From positions 721-64,720 of the forward strand of contig JBBIIP010000016.1 in the NCBI GenBank assembly GCA_037446395.1: DNA of 64,000 bases, in the 5' to 3' direction. Positions 1 to 9,562 of this stretch are shown in pieces. The stretch comes from Lentimicrobiaceae bacterium (GTDB lineage: Bacteria; Bacteroidota; Bacteroidia; Bacteroidales; JAAYJT01). Under the pieces are notes generated by a model. The model worked only from the letters and a program-made list of their open reading frames with translations. It made no database searches and was not told where the DNA came from. Position numbers and translations under genes: made by a program. Each line of letters opens with the position of its first letter. Position 1 is the stretch's first letter.

Positions 1-238
1 CAATTGAAACAAATTTGTAAAGTTCTTCCTGCGAACAGGCTCTGCCTGATTCGATGAATTGAATGAGGCCTTGGCTGGGAATCCTGTATCCGGCAATGAG
101 TTGCAGGAAAGTTGATTTTCCGCTGCCATTCGAACCGAGCACAGTATAGCGCTGATTAGGCCCAAACTGATAGGTTATTCCTTTAAAAATCCACCGGTTG
201 TTAAATTTCTTACCGATGTTGCTTAGGATGATGGTCAT
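1..238 (-). CDS. ABC transporter ATP-binding protein (5' part; runs off window start)
   Basis: Manual translation from ATG at 238: MTIILSNIGKKFNNRWIFKG...VLGSNGSGKSTFLQLIAG (Walker A). Confidence 0.85.
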   Translation of the reverse strand, partial: MTIILSNIGKKFNNRWIFKGITYQFGPNQRYTVLGSNGSGKSTFLQLIAGYRIPSQGLIQFIESGRACSQEELYKFVSI

Positions 239-269
239 TGGGTGAGCCGAATGGCAGGAGAAATGCATT

Positions 270-1073
270 TTAGAAATTGTCGGAGACATCGCTATTGGAT
301 GAAGCCCCCTTCATGATTCCTCGCTTTGAATGTTTCACGAAATTGATAATTTCATCTCTCAACGGTGTTGCCGGCATTTGGGTTTCAATAATTTGAAGTG
401 CATTTGAGACATTGTAATTTTTCTGAAACAGCACCCGGTAAATTTCCTGGATGTCATTCACCTGATCTGATGTAAACCCTCTTCTGCGCAAACCAATTGA
501 GTTTATTCCTGAAAATGAAAGGGGCTCCCTTGCAGCCATTGTGTAGGGAGGTACATCCTTTCTCACAAGCGATCCACCTGCAATCATGGTATGAGCCCCA
601 ATGCGAACAAATTGATGTACGGCACTCATTCCACCCAAAATGGCAAAATCATCAATCACCACGTGACCTGCCAACTGTGTACAATTGGCCAGTATTGTGT
701 TTTTCCCGATAATGCAATCATGGGCAATATGCACATAGGCCATAAGCAGGGTGTTATCGCCAACAACGGTTTCCCAGTTGGCCTTGGTGCCACGGTTTAA
801 TGTTACAAATTCCCTGATGGTGACATTGTCGCCCACCCTGACAATGGTCTGTTCTCCGGCAAATTTCAGGTCCTGAGGAATGGCAGAGATTACAGCTCCG
901 GGAAAGATGCGGCAATTTTTTCCAATCCTGGCTCCTTCCATAATTGTAACATTTGACCCAATCCATGTGCCTTCGCCGATTTCAACATTATCGTGAATGT
1001 TTACGAATGGTTCCACAATCACATTGTCGGCAAGTTTTGCTCCCTGATGTATGTTTGCCAAGGTGTGCTTCAT
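270..1073 (-). CDS. lpxA: UDP-N-acetylglucosamine O-acyltransferase
   Basis: Hexapeptide repeats, PQDLKF, YVHIAHDC, AVHQF motifs; follows lpxC/fabZ. Confidence 0.96.
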   Translation of the reverse strand: MKHTLANIHQGAKLADNVIVEPFVNIHDNVEIGEGTWIGSNVTIMEGARIGKNCRIFPGAVISAIPQDLKFAGEQTIVRVGDNVTIREFVTLNRGTKANWETVVGDNTLLMAYVHIAHDCIIGKNTILANCTQLAGHVVIDDFAILGGMSAVHQFVRIGAHTMIAGGSLVRKDVPPYTMAAREPLSFSGINSIGLRRRGFTSDQVNDIQEIYRVLFQKNYNVSNALQIIETQMPATPLRDEIINFVKHSKRGIMKGASSNSDVSDNF

Positions 1074-1090
1074 GATATAGAAATTAAAAA

Positions 1091-2488
1091 TTATTCAGCA
1101 ATTCGTACGATTTGTGCCATCAGCTCGGCTTCCGTAACTATTTTATTTCCAACCCAGGCTGTTCCTTTCATATGGCATACCCCACGGCGCAGGGGCGAAA
1201 TCAGCTCAAGTTTGAAAATGAGTGTATCGCCGGGTACTACTTTTTGCCGAAACCTGACGTTTTCAATCTTCAGGAAATAGGTGATGTAATTTTCTGGATC
1301 CGGAACACTGTTCAGAACAAATACACCTCCTGTTTGGGCAATGGCTTCTACTTGCAAAACTCCCGGCATCAGTGGTTCGTCAGGGAAATGGCCCACAAAA
1401 AATGGCTCATTCATTGTCACGCTCTTTATTCCCACAATTGAGGTATCTGTGATCTCCATGATCTTGTCAACCAACAGAAAGGGAGGGCGGTGGGGAAGTA
1501 TTCGCTTAATGTCGTTAATATTATATAGCGGCGCTTTATTTGGATCATATACAGGAACCGGGGGTGTTTTGGAAGCCTTCCGGATATGCTTTCGGATGAG
1601 CTTGGCAAACTGAACATTTGAAGAATGGCCAGGTTTGTTGGCAATAATATGGGCTTTGAGAGGGACACCTATCAATGCCAGATCGCCGATGACATCAAGC
1701 ATTTTATGGCGGGCAGGTTCATTATGAAACTGAAGTTCGAGCGTATTGAGAATCCCTTCTCGCTTTACCTCAATATGAGGTTTATTAAAAAATTTGGCTA
1801 ATCTATCAAGTTCCTCTTGGGAAACAAGACGGTCAACAAAAACGATAGCATTGTTAAGATCGCCGCCTTTGATGAGGTTGTTGTGTATCAGGTATTCGAG
1901 TTCGTGCAGGAAAACAAATGTACGGCAGGATGCGATCTCAGTTCTGAAATCCTCTATGCGGTGCAGGATCGCGTTTTGGGTTCCAAGCACTTTTGTGCCA
2001 AAATCTATCAACACCGTAGCACGGAAATGGTCTGATGGAATGGCCATCAACTCAATGTTGGAATCGGGATTGGAATAAGTGATATGCGTGTGCAGCTCAT
2101 ACCAGGTTTTTTCTTCTTTTTGTTCGAGTAGTCCTGCCTGCTCAATTGCTTCGACAAAATGTTTTGCGCTACCGTCCATGATGGGCACTTCAGGCCCGTT
2201 GAGTTCAAGAACAACATTATCAACTCCCATTCCGACACAGGCAGCAAGAACGTGTTCGGTAGTATTCACTGAAACACCGTTTTGTTCGAGGCTTGTGCTT
2301 CGGTTTGTAACGGTAACGTTTTCAATGGATGCTTCGACAATTGGATGACCTGCCAGATCGACGCGTTGGAACTTGAACCCGTGGTTTTCAGGTGCCGGTT
2401 TAAAAGTGATGGTGGCGCTTTTGCCGGTATGCAAACCAGCTCCTGTAAGCGAAATAGGATGTTTAATTGTTTTCTGTTTCTCTTTCAT
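1091..2488 (-). CDS. lpxC/fabZ: Bifunctional UDP-3-O-acyl-GlcNAc deacetylase / 3-hydroxyacyl-ACP dehydratase
   Basis: GAGLHTG, TEHVLAA, RHKMLDVIGDL (LpxC) fused to LPHRPPFLLVD, GHFP, PGVLQVEA (FabZ). Confidence 0.96.
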   Translation of the reverse strand: MKEKQKTIKHPISLTGAGLHTGKSATITFKPAPENHGFKFQRVDLAGHPIVEASIENVTVTNRSTSLEQNGVSVNTTEHVLAACVGMGVDNVVLELNGPEVPIMDGSAKHFVEAIEQAGLLEQKEEKTWYELHTHITYSNPDSNIELMAIPSDHFRATVLIDFGTKVLGTQNAILHRIEDFRTEIASCRTFVFLHELEYLIHNNLIKGGDLNNAIVFVDRLVSQEELDRLAKFFNKPHIEVKREGILNTLELQFHNEPARHKMLDVIGDLALIGVPLKAHIIANKPGHSSNVQFAKLIRKHIRKASKTPPVPVYDPNKAPLYNINDIKRILPHRPPFLLVDKIMEITDTSIVGIKSVTMNEPFFVGHFPDEPLMPGVLQVEAIAQTGGVFVLNSVPDPENYITYFLKIENVRFRQKVVPGDTLIFKLELISPLRRGVCHMKGTAWVGNKIVTEAELMAQIVRIAE

Positions 2489-2495
2489 CGTCCGG

Positions 2496-2503
2496 CAAAG
2501 ATA
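2496..2503 (-). promoter_or_regulatory. Bacteroidota -7 promoter element (TATCTTTG) just upstream of lpxC/fabZ
   Basis: Matches TAnnTTTG; TTTG 17 nt further upstream (2521-2524). Confidence 0.5.
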
Positions 2504-2540
2504 TTACTTTTTATATGTTTCAAAACATGCCCGATTATAC

Positions 2541-2568
2541 AAAAACACCCGTGCCACCGGGTGTTTTT
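2541..2568 (-). terminator. Intrinsic terminator-like hairpin after lpxD
   Basis: AAAAACACCCG-tgccac-CGGGTGTTTTT, perfect 11-bp stem including A/T tracts, 1 nt after lpxD stop. Confidence 0.65.
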
Positions 2569-2569
2569 C

Positions 2570-3598
2570 CTATTTCTTATAAACCGCTTCCTTGAGCTTC
2601 CTGATTTCATCAGCCAACGATTGCAGGTTTTTAAAATGTACAATAGCTCGCCTGAAGATTGAAGCATCAATGGCAGGAGAACCAATCAATATTGCGCCCT
2701 CTTTGGTGATGCTCGAGTTCACTCCTGCCTGAGCTCCCAGTTTCACATTGTCGGCTATGGTGATATGCCCGGCAACCCCTACCTGGCCAGCAAACATACA
2801 ATTACGGCCGATTTTAGTGCTTCCGGCTATGCCTGATTGTGCTGCGATGACAGTGTTTTCTCCAATTTCGACATTATGGGCGATTTGTATCAGGTTATCG
2901 AGTTTTACACCCCTGCGGATAATGGTAGAACCCAATGTTGCCCTGTCTATGGTAGTATTCGATCCAATTTCGACATTATCTTCAATTACAACATTGCCAA
3001 TTTGGGCGATCTTTTTATAATTGGCATCTTGTTGTTGGGCAAATCCAAAGCCATCGCTTCCGATTACGGCGCCAGCGTGAATTATGCAGGAATTACCGAT
3101 CACTGAATCGCAATAAATCTTAACACCGGCATAAATAATTGTGTTCTCTCCGATTTTGACATTATCACCGAGGTAAGTATTTGGGAAGATTTTTACGTTG
3201 TTACCGATTGTTGAGTTTTCGCCGATCACAACAAATTCGCCGATGTAGCAATTCTCTCCGATACGGGCGTTTGCCGAAATGGCTGCATTTTCGGAGATGC
3301 CAACCCGATTGAGTTTAATCTGGTTGTAAACCTCAAGCAAGCTTGCAAATGCATCATAAGGATTTTCGACCCGGATCAGTGTGCTCTTGATTGGGCTTTC
3401 TGGAACAAAATCTTTGTTAACAATAACGATTGATGCATGGGTTGAATAGATGTAATTGGTATAGAGGGGATTTGCCAGAAATGTAAGCGAACCATTTTCG
3501 CCGGCTTCAATCTTCGATAGTTTATAAACACTTACATTTGGGTCTCCTTCAAGGGTGCCTTTCAAGAGTTTGGCTATTTGCTTGGCAGTGAATCTCAT
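2570..3598 (-). CDS. lpxD: UDP-3-O-(3-hydroxyacyl)glucosamine N-acyltransferase
   Basis: Hexapeptide repeats, [24 protein letters not shown] motifs. Confidence 0.96.
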   Translation of the reverse strand: MRFTAKQIAKLLKGTLEGDPNVSVYKLSKIEAGENGSLTFLANPLYTNYIYSTHASIVIVNKDFVPESPIKSTLIRVENPYDAFASLLEVYNQIKLNRVGISENAAISANARIGENCYIGEFVVIGENSTIGNNVKIFPNTYLGDNVKIGENTIIYAGVKIYCDSVIGNSCIIHAGAVIGSDGFGFAQQQDANYKKIAQIGNVVIEDNVEIGSNTTIDRATLGSTIIRRGVKLDNLIQIAHNVEIGENTVIAAQSGIAGSTKIGRNCMFAGQVGVAGHITIADNVKLGAQAGVNSSITKEGAILIGSPAIDASIFRRAIVHFKNLQSLADEIRKLKEAVYKK

Positions 3599-3679
3599 TT
3601 GATGATATTGGCTTTCGTAGATATTATATATTTTTATGTAAAGAAGTTGCGCAAGTTAGATAAAAAAATGAACCTACTG

Positions 3680-4933
3680 CTAATTGGATGCGCTTTTCAT
3701 TAATTCCTTAGGATAACATAAGTAATATTTTGAAATTGTTTTAGATAATATTGATATATTCAACTGATCAGATGCTTCGGCAATATCAACGGTCTTCCCA
3801 TCTTTATAAAGCATCAGAATTTTATCACAAACAGGATCGTAGGCATTGTTTGTTATGCTTCCGTTCATTACAAAATAGTTTGCATCGGCGGATTCTATAA
3901 CGTAATGTTTGACAACTTTGTTTTTGATTTCATTAATTTCTTCACTTTCAAAATCCTTATTGCGAAGGTCAACGGCCAGTAAGCGACGGTGCGTCAAGAA
4001 ATTACACAGGGTGCTAAGAATTTGGTCTTCATGGTTACACCATATTTTGATGGAGGTAAGTATATCAAAATCATCGAGTTGTGCAAACTCATCAAGCAAG
4101 GTTGGATCTGTTTGGAAACTGCCAAGACTGTAGTTACCAGTCAGGAATTTATGCAAGACTGGCGTGGCGAATAATTGATATTTTCTCTCGGCAAGCCATT
4201 TTGCGCGATTCAGGATGCTGATGATAAGCTGTTCGGCTCCTACGACGGTTTTATGATAATATACCTGCCAGTACATCAGGCGTCGGGCAATGATAAATTT
4301 TTCGACTGAATAAATGCCTTTGGCCTCGACTACCAACTCGTCGTTATGCACATTCAGCATTTTAATGATCCTGTCGGTCGAGATGACTCCCTCTGAAACA
4401 CCAGTGAAAAAACTATCGCGCTTGAGATAGTCCAACCGATCCATATCGAGTTGACTTGCAACAAGCTGGTGAAGGAATTGTTTAGGATAGGTGTTTCCAA
4501 AAATTGATAGGGCTATTGAAAGCCTATTATTAAATTGTCTATTGAGGGATTCGATAAACAACCTGGAGAGTTCTTCATGAGTAGTTTTTGCGACAATGCT
4601 CTTTTCCAAGGCATGGGAGTAAGGGCCATGCCCGATATCGTGCAGCAAAATTGCCAGGTATGCACCCGAGGCTTCCTCGCGGGTGATGTGCAATCCTTTT
4701 AGCCGTAGCGATTCGATGGCCAGTTGCATCAAATGCAATGATCCCAGGGCATGATGAAAGCGGGTGTGCAGTGCTCCCGGGTAAACGAGTTGGGTCATCC
4801 CAAGCTGCTTGATGCGCCTCAACCGCTGAAACCATGGGTGCTCAATGATGTCGAAAGTCAGCTCATCCGGAATACTGATAAATCCATAAACTGGGTCGTT
4901 GACGATTTTTCTTTTATTAAGTCCAGCGGCCAA
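3680..4933 (-). CDS. HD-domain phosphohydrolase (dNTP triphosphohydrolase-like)
   Basis: DPVYG, QRLRRIKQLG, HTRFHHALG, LLHDIGHGPYSH, DMDRLDYLKRD. Confidence 0.9.
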   Translation of the reverse strand: MAAGLNKRKIVNDPVYGFISIPDELTFDIIEHPWFQRLRRIKQLGMTQLVYPGALHTRFHHALGSLHLMQLAIESLRLKGLHITREEASGAYLAILLHDIGHGPYSHALEKSIVAKTTHEELSRLFIESLNRQFNNRLSIALSIFGNTYPKQFLHQLVASQLDMDRLDYLKRDSFFTGVSEGVISTDRIIKMLNVHNDELVVEAKGIYSVEKFIIARRLMYWQVYYHKTVVGAEQLIISILNRAKWLAERKYQLFATPVLHKFLTGNYSLGSFQTDPTLLDEFAQLDDFDILTSIKIWCNHEDQILSTLCNFLTHRRLLAVDLRNKDFESEEINEIKNKVVKHYVIESADANYFVMNGSITNNAYDPVCDKILMLYKDGKTVDIAEASDQLNISILSKTISKYYLCYPKELMKSASN

Positions 4934-5096
4934 ATGATAATTTATTAAAATGAGTATTTTCCATAGGGTTTATCAGGTGCTCTTCCTCAATCGTATTAAT
5001 TTTGAATAATCAAATAATAAGCACCTTATAAACGTTAAAGATGCAAAGTTTATTAAAAAGTTCCATAAATCTAAAAATTTAAATAAAAACAATAAA

Positions 5097-6653
5097 ATGT
5101 CGGACAAAATCAATATACTTTGGGTGGATGATGAAATAGACCTGCTAAAACCCCATATTCTGTTTCTGAATCAGAAAGGCTATGATGTAGTAACCTCCAA
5201 TAATGGAAACGATGCCCTTGATGTGCTGAAGACCAACCAGTTCGATATTGTTTTTTTGGATGAGCACATGCCTGGTCTTTCAGGAATTGAGACACTTACC
5301 ATACTTAAAGATCAATATCCGAACCTTCCGGTGGTGATGATCACAAAGAGCGAGGAAGAGCGGATTATGGAAGATGCAATCGGCTCCAATATTACCGATT
5401 ATTTGATTAAACCGGTGAATCCAAATCAAATTTTATTGGCATTGAAAAAGAGCTTCGATAACAAAAAGTTGGTTGCCGAAAAAACCACTTTTGCCTATCA
5501 GCAAGAGTTTCGCAATATTGGTATGGAAATTGCAAATAACCTCGATTATGCTGAATGGGTTGAAATTTATCGCAAACTTGTATCATGGGAGTTGAAGCTC
5601 GAGAAGTCGAAAGATGAAGGTATTTTGGATGTACTGCTGCAGCAAAAGGCCGAGGCAAATCAAGTGTTTTCCAAATTTATTGAAAAAAACTACCTGGGTT
5701 GGATTAACGGCTCTGTAAGAAACAAGCCGACACTCTCCCACACTGTTCTCAAAGAAAAATTATTTCCGCTTCTTGACGGGAGCAACCCCATATTCCTGCT
5801 GCTGATTGATAATCTGCGCTTTGACCAGTGGCGGATCATTCAACCTATAATTGAGGAATTTTTTAAGACGGAAAGCGATGACGTTTTCTATAGCATTCTG
5901 CCCAGTACGACGCAATATAGTCGCAATGCATTATTTGGAGGCCTTATGCCTTCGGAAATTGAAAAGAAATATCCACGCTGGTGGGTGAATGAAGGCGAAG
6001 AGGGGACCAAAAACCAATTCGAAGGCGAATTACTGGGTGAGTATCTTAAACGCTATGGCCGCGACATCAAATATTCTTACAACAAAGTTTTGAACCTGGT
6101 TGCAGGCCGCAAGCTGGTTGAGTCTGTACCCAACCTGATGACAAACAAGTTAAATGTAATCGTTTACAACTTTGTGGATATGCTCTCGCATGCACGCACC
6201 GAGATGGAAATTATCAAAGAGTTGGCCGATGATGAGCCGGCTTATCGTTCGCTGACCTTGTCATGGTTTATGCACAGCCCGCTGCTCGAGATCATTAAAT
6301 TGCTTGCCGAAAAAAGGGTTACCCTGGTTGTTACCACAGATCACGGATCGGTGAAGGTGCAGAACCCCGTGAAAATTGTCGGCGACAAAAATACAACTAC
6401 CAACCTGCGCTACAAAACAGGCAGAAGCCTCGACTATAATTCAAAAGAAGTGTTTGATGTGCGCAATCCATCTGATGCGTTTCTGCCCCGTGGAAACATG
6501 AGCAGCTCGTTTGTGTTTTGCCGTAAAAACGACTTTTTTGCTTACCCAAATAATTTCAACCACTATGCGAATTATTACCGCAATACATTTCAGCATGGTG
6601 GAATTTCGCTCGAAGAACTCATCATCCCTTTTTCTGTTTTAAGAAACAAGTAG
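5097..6653 (+). CDS. porX: PorX-type response regulator with C-terminal PglZ/alkaline-phosphatase domain
   Basis: Receiver (VDDE, LDEHMPG, LIKP) plus PglZ motifs IDNLR, LPSTTQYSRN, TTDHG, FQHGGIS; upstream of tsaE. Confidence 0.9.
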   Translation: MSDKINILWVDDEIDLLKPHILFLNQKGYDVVTSNNGNDALDVLKTNQFDIVFLDEHMPGLSGIETLTILKDQYPNLPVVMITKSEEERIMEDAIGSNITDYLIKPVNPNQILLALKKSFDNKKLVAEKTTFAYQQEFRNIGMEIANNLDYAEWVEIYRKLVSWELKLEKSKDEGILDVLLQQKAEANQVFSKFIEKNYLGWINGSVRNKPTLSHTVLKEKLFPLLDGSNPIFLLLIDNLRFDQWRIIQPIIEEFFKTESDDVFYSILPSTTQYSRNALFGGLMPSEIEKKYPRWWVNEGEEGTKNQFEGELLGEYLKRYGRDIKYSYNKVLNLVAGRKLVESVPNLMTNKLNVIVYNFVDMLSHARTEMEIIKELADDEPAYRSLTLSWFMHSPLLEIIKLLAEKRVTLVVTTDHGSVKVQNPVKIVGDKNTTTNLRYKTGRSLDYNSKEVFDVRNPSDAFLPRGNMSSSFVFCRKNDFFAYPNNFNHYANYYRNTFQHGGISLEELIIPFSVLRNK

Positions 6654-6693
6654 AATTTTATTAACTTGCAGGCTTCAATCAGCCTCAATATTC

Positions 6694-7119
6694 ATGAAGA
6701 CCAGAGTGTTTTCTCAATCCCCGGACGACCTGGAGGAAGCAGCAGAAACCATAATCAAATTGGCGGGCAATCGCACTGTGTTTGCATTTTATGGGGTCAT
6801 GGGCTCCGGAAAAACAACAATCATCAAAGCCTTTTGCAGGGTGCTTGGTTCGGCTGATATAGTCACAAGCCCCACATTTTCGCTGATCAACCAATACTTC
6901 GATAACAAACAAAATCCGATTTATCATTTCGATTTTTATCGCATTAATTCGCTGAACGAAGCCATGGACATAGGTTATGAGGAGTATTTTTTTAGTGGAA
7001 ATTACTGCCTGATTGAGTGGCCCGAAAAAATTGAACCCCTGCTTCCGCCTGACTGTGTAAAAGTCAGTATTTCTCGGGGGAAGGAAATTTTGCAAAGAAT
7101 CATTGATGTTAAACTCTAA
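6694..7119 (+). CDS. tsaE: tRNA threonylcarbamoyladenosine biosynthesis ATPase
   Basis: GVMGSGKTT, VTSPTFSL, YHFDFYRI, IEWPE. Confidence 0.95.
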   Translation: MKTRVFSQSPDDLEEAAETIIKLAGNRTVFAFYGVMGSGKTTIIKAFCRVLGSADIVTSPTFSLINQYFDNKQNPIYHFDFYRINSLNEAMDIGYEEYFFSGNYCLIEWPEKIEPLLPPDCVKVSISRGKEILQRIIDVKL

Positions 7120-7130
7120 AAGGAATCAAC

Positions 7131-8348
7131 ATGAATCAGGAAAATCAACCCTTTTTTCCATATAAATCCTCTTCCATGCTACTGGCTAAAGAAGAAATGC
7201 TCGAGTTGACTAAAAAATGTAAACCGCTAACCATTGGCCTGGCCGGGGATGAGACACAAATGGAAAAGCGTATTTCGTTGGTTCCAAATGCGGTAGGTTT
7301 GCTGGTGCAAAATGGCCACAAGCTATTGATTGAACGCGACTCAGGCGAGCGTGCCTGGTTCAGCAATCATGAATATGCCGAGTATGGTGGTGAGATTGTT
7401 GACAAGACGGAAGCATTCAAGGCAGACATTGTAATAAAAGTTGCCTCACTTACCCTGGCCGAAATTGAGATGCTGAAGCCAAAATCCACCATCATCACTT
7501 CTCTGCAACTTTCAACCCAAGCAGAAGAATATTTCAGGCGACTTATGTCGAAAAAAATAACGTCCCTATCTTTCGAATATATTCAGGACAAAACAAAAGC
7601 CTTCCCAATTCGGCGGGCGATGAGCGAAATGGCAGGCACTGCCTCGATAATTACAGCTGCAGAGTACCTCAGTAATCCTGAATTCGGCAAGGGGCATATC
7701 CTTGGGGGATTTTCAGGTATTTCCCCCACCGAAGTGGTGATCCTTGGTGCAGGAACGGTAGGCGAATATGCCGCCAAAGCAGCGTTGGGCATGGGGGCAA
7801 TGGTAAAAATATTCGACAATTCGATTTACAAACTTAAAGCGCTTCAAAACCACCTGATACAGCCTGTCTTCACTTCGGTGATCCAACCAAATGTTGTGCT
7901 TAAGGCATTAAAAACAGCCGATGTACTGATCGCTGCAATTTCGGCATCAAGCGGACGCACGCCTGTTTTCGTGAGCGAAGAAATGGTGAGCCAAATGAAG
8001 CCAGGTTCAGTAATTATTGATGTCAGTATTGACCAGGGTGGTTGCGTAGAAACGTCTCAACCCACCGATCATCGAAATCCTGTATTTATAAAGCATGGAG
8101 TCACCCATTATTGTGTGCCCAACATCGCTTCACGCTTTCCGCACACAGCCAGCTATGCCATCAGCAACTTCCTGGCGCCAATCTTGTTAGTGGCTGCTCA
8201 GGCAGGAGGCATTGAACCTATGCTGCATGAAAATGAAGGAATCAGGCGCGGAACCTATATGTTTAATGGATTAATCACCAACAGGCAGGTAAGCGATTAC
8301 TTCAGGCTTCCTTATCAGGAAATTGAACTGCTATTATCTGCCTTTTAA
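7131..8348 (+). CDS. Alanine dehydrogenase / transhydrogenase-alpha family protein (divergent)
   Basis: MSEMAG, ILGAGTVG, DVSIDQGGC, HYCVPNI; some canonical AlaDH catalytic residues appear substituted. Confidence 0.8.
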   Translation: MNQENQPFFPYKSSSMLLAKEEMLELTKKCKPLTIGLAGDETQMEKRISLVPNAVGLLVQNGHKLLIERDSGERAWFSNHEYAEYGGEIVDKTEAFKADIVIKVASLTLAEIEMLKPKSTIITSLQLSTQAEEYFRRLMSKKITSLSFEYIQDKTKAFPIRRAMSEMAGTASIITAAEYLSNPEFGKGHILGGFSGISPTEVVILGAGTVGEYAAKAALGMGAMVKIFDNSIYKLKALQNHLIQPVFTSVIQPNVVLKALKTADVLIAAISASSGRTPVFVSEEMVSQMKPGSVIIDVSIDQGGCVETSQPTDHRNPVFIKHGVTHYCVPNIASRFPHTASYAISNFLAPILLVAAQAGGIEPMLHENEGIRRGTYMFNGLITNRQVSDYFRLPYQEIELLLSAF

Positions 8349-9509
8349 GGCTTTTCTCCTGGTTATTTCGGTTCTGATCAAACCTAGCTCCCGGCCGGTT
8401 TGTCCGGCAATAGAGGTGTTTTCTTCGGCGCGCCTCAACAGATAAGGCAAAACAGATTTAACCGGCCCATATGGCATGTACTTTGCAACATTATATCCCT
8501 CAGCTGCCATGTTGAAGCTAATATGGTCGCTCATTCCATAAAGTTGCGAGTGCCAAATTCTCGGGTCATTGTTTTGAATACCAGCCTGATGCATAAGTTG
8601 GACGATGTATTGACAGCTTTCCTCATTGTGCGTTCCATTAAAAATGCTGATTCTATCAATGTGCCGGACAGAAAATTCAATGGCAGCATTGTAATTATGA
8701 TCTGTTGCTTCTTTGCTTTCATAAACAGGGGAGGGGTATCCCATCTTTTTTGCTCTCGCTCGCTCACGTTCCATGTAAGCGCCCCTGACAAATTTCGCCC
8801 CCAGAAAATAGCCATCCATCTCTGCTTGTTTGAGGTCGTTTTTTAACTTCTCAAGCCGGTCTGTTCGATACATTTGATATGTATTATATACGATGGCTTT
8901 TTTTTGGTTATAAGAGCGCATCATTTCAGCAGCCACGGTATCAACAATTTCCTGAAAATGAACATCTTCTGCGTCAATTAAAATGGGAATACCCGATTCA
9001 AATGCCTGAAGGCAAAGTGTATTGATACGACCTCGAAACTGTAAAAATTCACTTTGCTGGTTTTCGTTCCAAGGAAGGTTTTTACTTGCATGCTCGAGCA
9101 GGGAAGCAGTAGCAAAAGCCGTAGGCTTGAACACTGCAAAAGGAATACTGGCATCAGAGGCTGCAAATTTTATTGTTCTGAGGGTCTCGTCGAGAGCAGC
9201 CTCCATGGCAGATATCGAATGGCCCCCCTCCGCCGAGTAGTCAAGGATGGCTTTTACGTTAAATTTTTCAAGTTGCCTTACCGAAGGGATGCAGTCATCA
9301 ATGCTTTCGCCCCCCACAAATTGCTTATAAAGGGTTGGCTTTATCAACCAAGCCAATGGAATATGAAGCGCTAAAGCCATATTGGCGAAAATTTTTCCGA
9401 ATTTCACAACGATGGGGCTCGAGATAGCCCGAAATAAAAGATTCGCCCGTTGCAGGTCTTTATCTGACTGCCATCCAAATGCGACACAAGTGTTTCCAAA
9501 ATTTGCCAT
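8334..9509 (-). CDS. Monofunctional proline dehydrogenase
   Basis: QFVGGE, IDAED, KFVRGAYM, GTHNE, QLYGM, KYMPYG, YLLRRAEEN; start set at MANFGNT (ORF track starts 9539). Confidence 0.92.
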   Translation of the reverse strand: MANFGNTCVAFGWQSDKDLQRANLLFRAISSPIVVKFGKIFANMALALHIPLAWLIKPTLYKQFVGGESIDDCIPSVRQLEKFNVKAILDYSAEGGHSISAMEAALDETLRTIKFAASDASIPFAVFKPTAFATASLLEHASKNLPWNENQQSEFLQFRGRINTLCLQAFESGIPILIDAEDVHFQEIVDTVAAEMMRSYNQKKAIVYNTYQMYRTDRLEKLKNDLKQAEMDGYFLGAKFVRGAYMERERARAKKMGYPSPVYESKEATDHNYNAAIEFSVRHIDRISIFNGTHNEESCQYIVQLMHQAGIQNNDPRIWHSQLYGMSDHISFNMAAEGYNVAKYMPYGPVKSVLPYLLRRAEENTSIAGQTGRELGLIRTEITRRKALKGR

Positions 9510-9562
9510 GATGGTGATGCTTGAAAAATTATCAGTCAAAAAATTAACTGTATTTTTGTTTC

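Noticed and set aside
6334-6350. CCACAGATCACGGATC resembling the GxxExxY repeat
   Set aside because: It encodes the conserved TTDHG motif of PorX; single copy with the wrong period.
8334-8348. 15-bp convergent overlap of ald-like and proline dehydrogenase genes
   Set aside because: Short 3' overlaps are common and imply no special mechanism.
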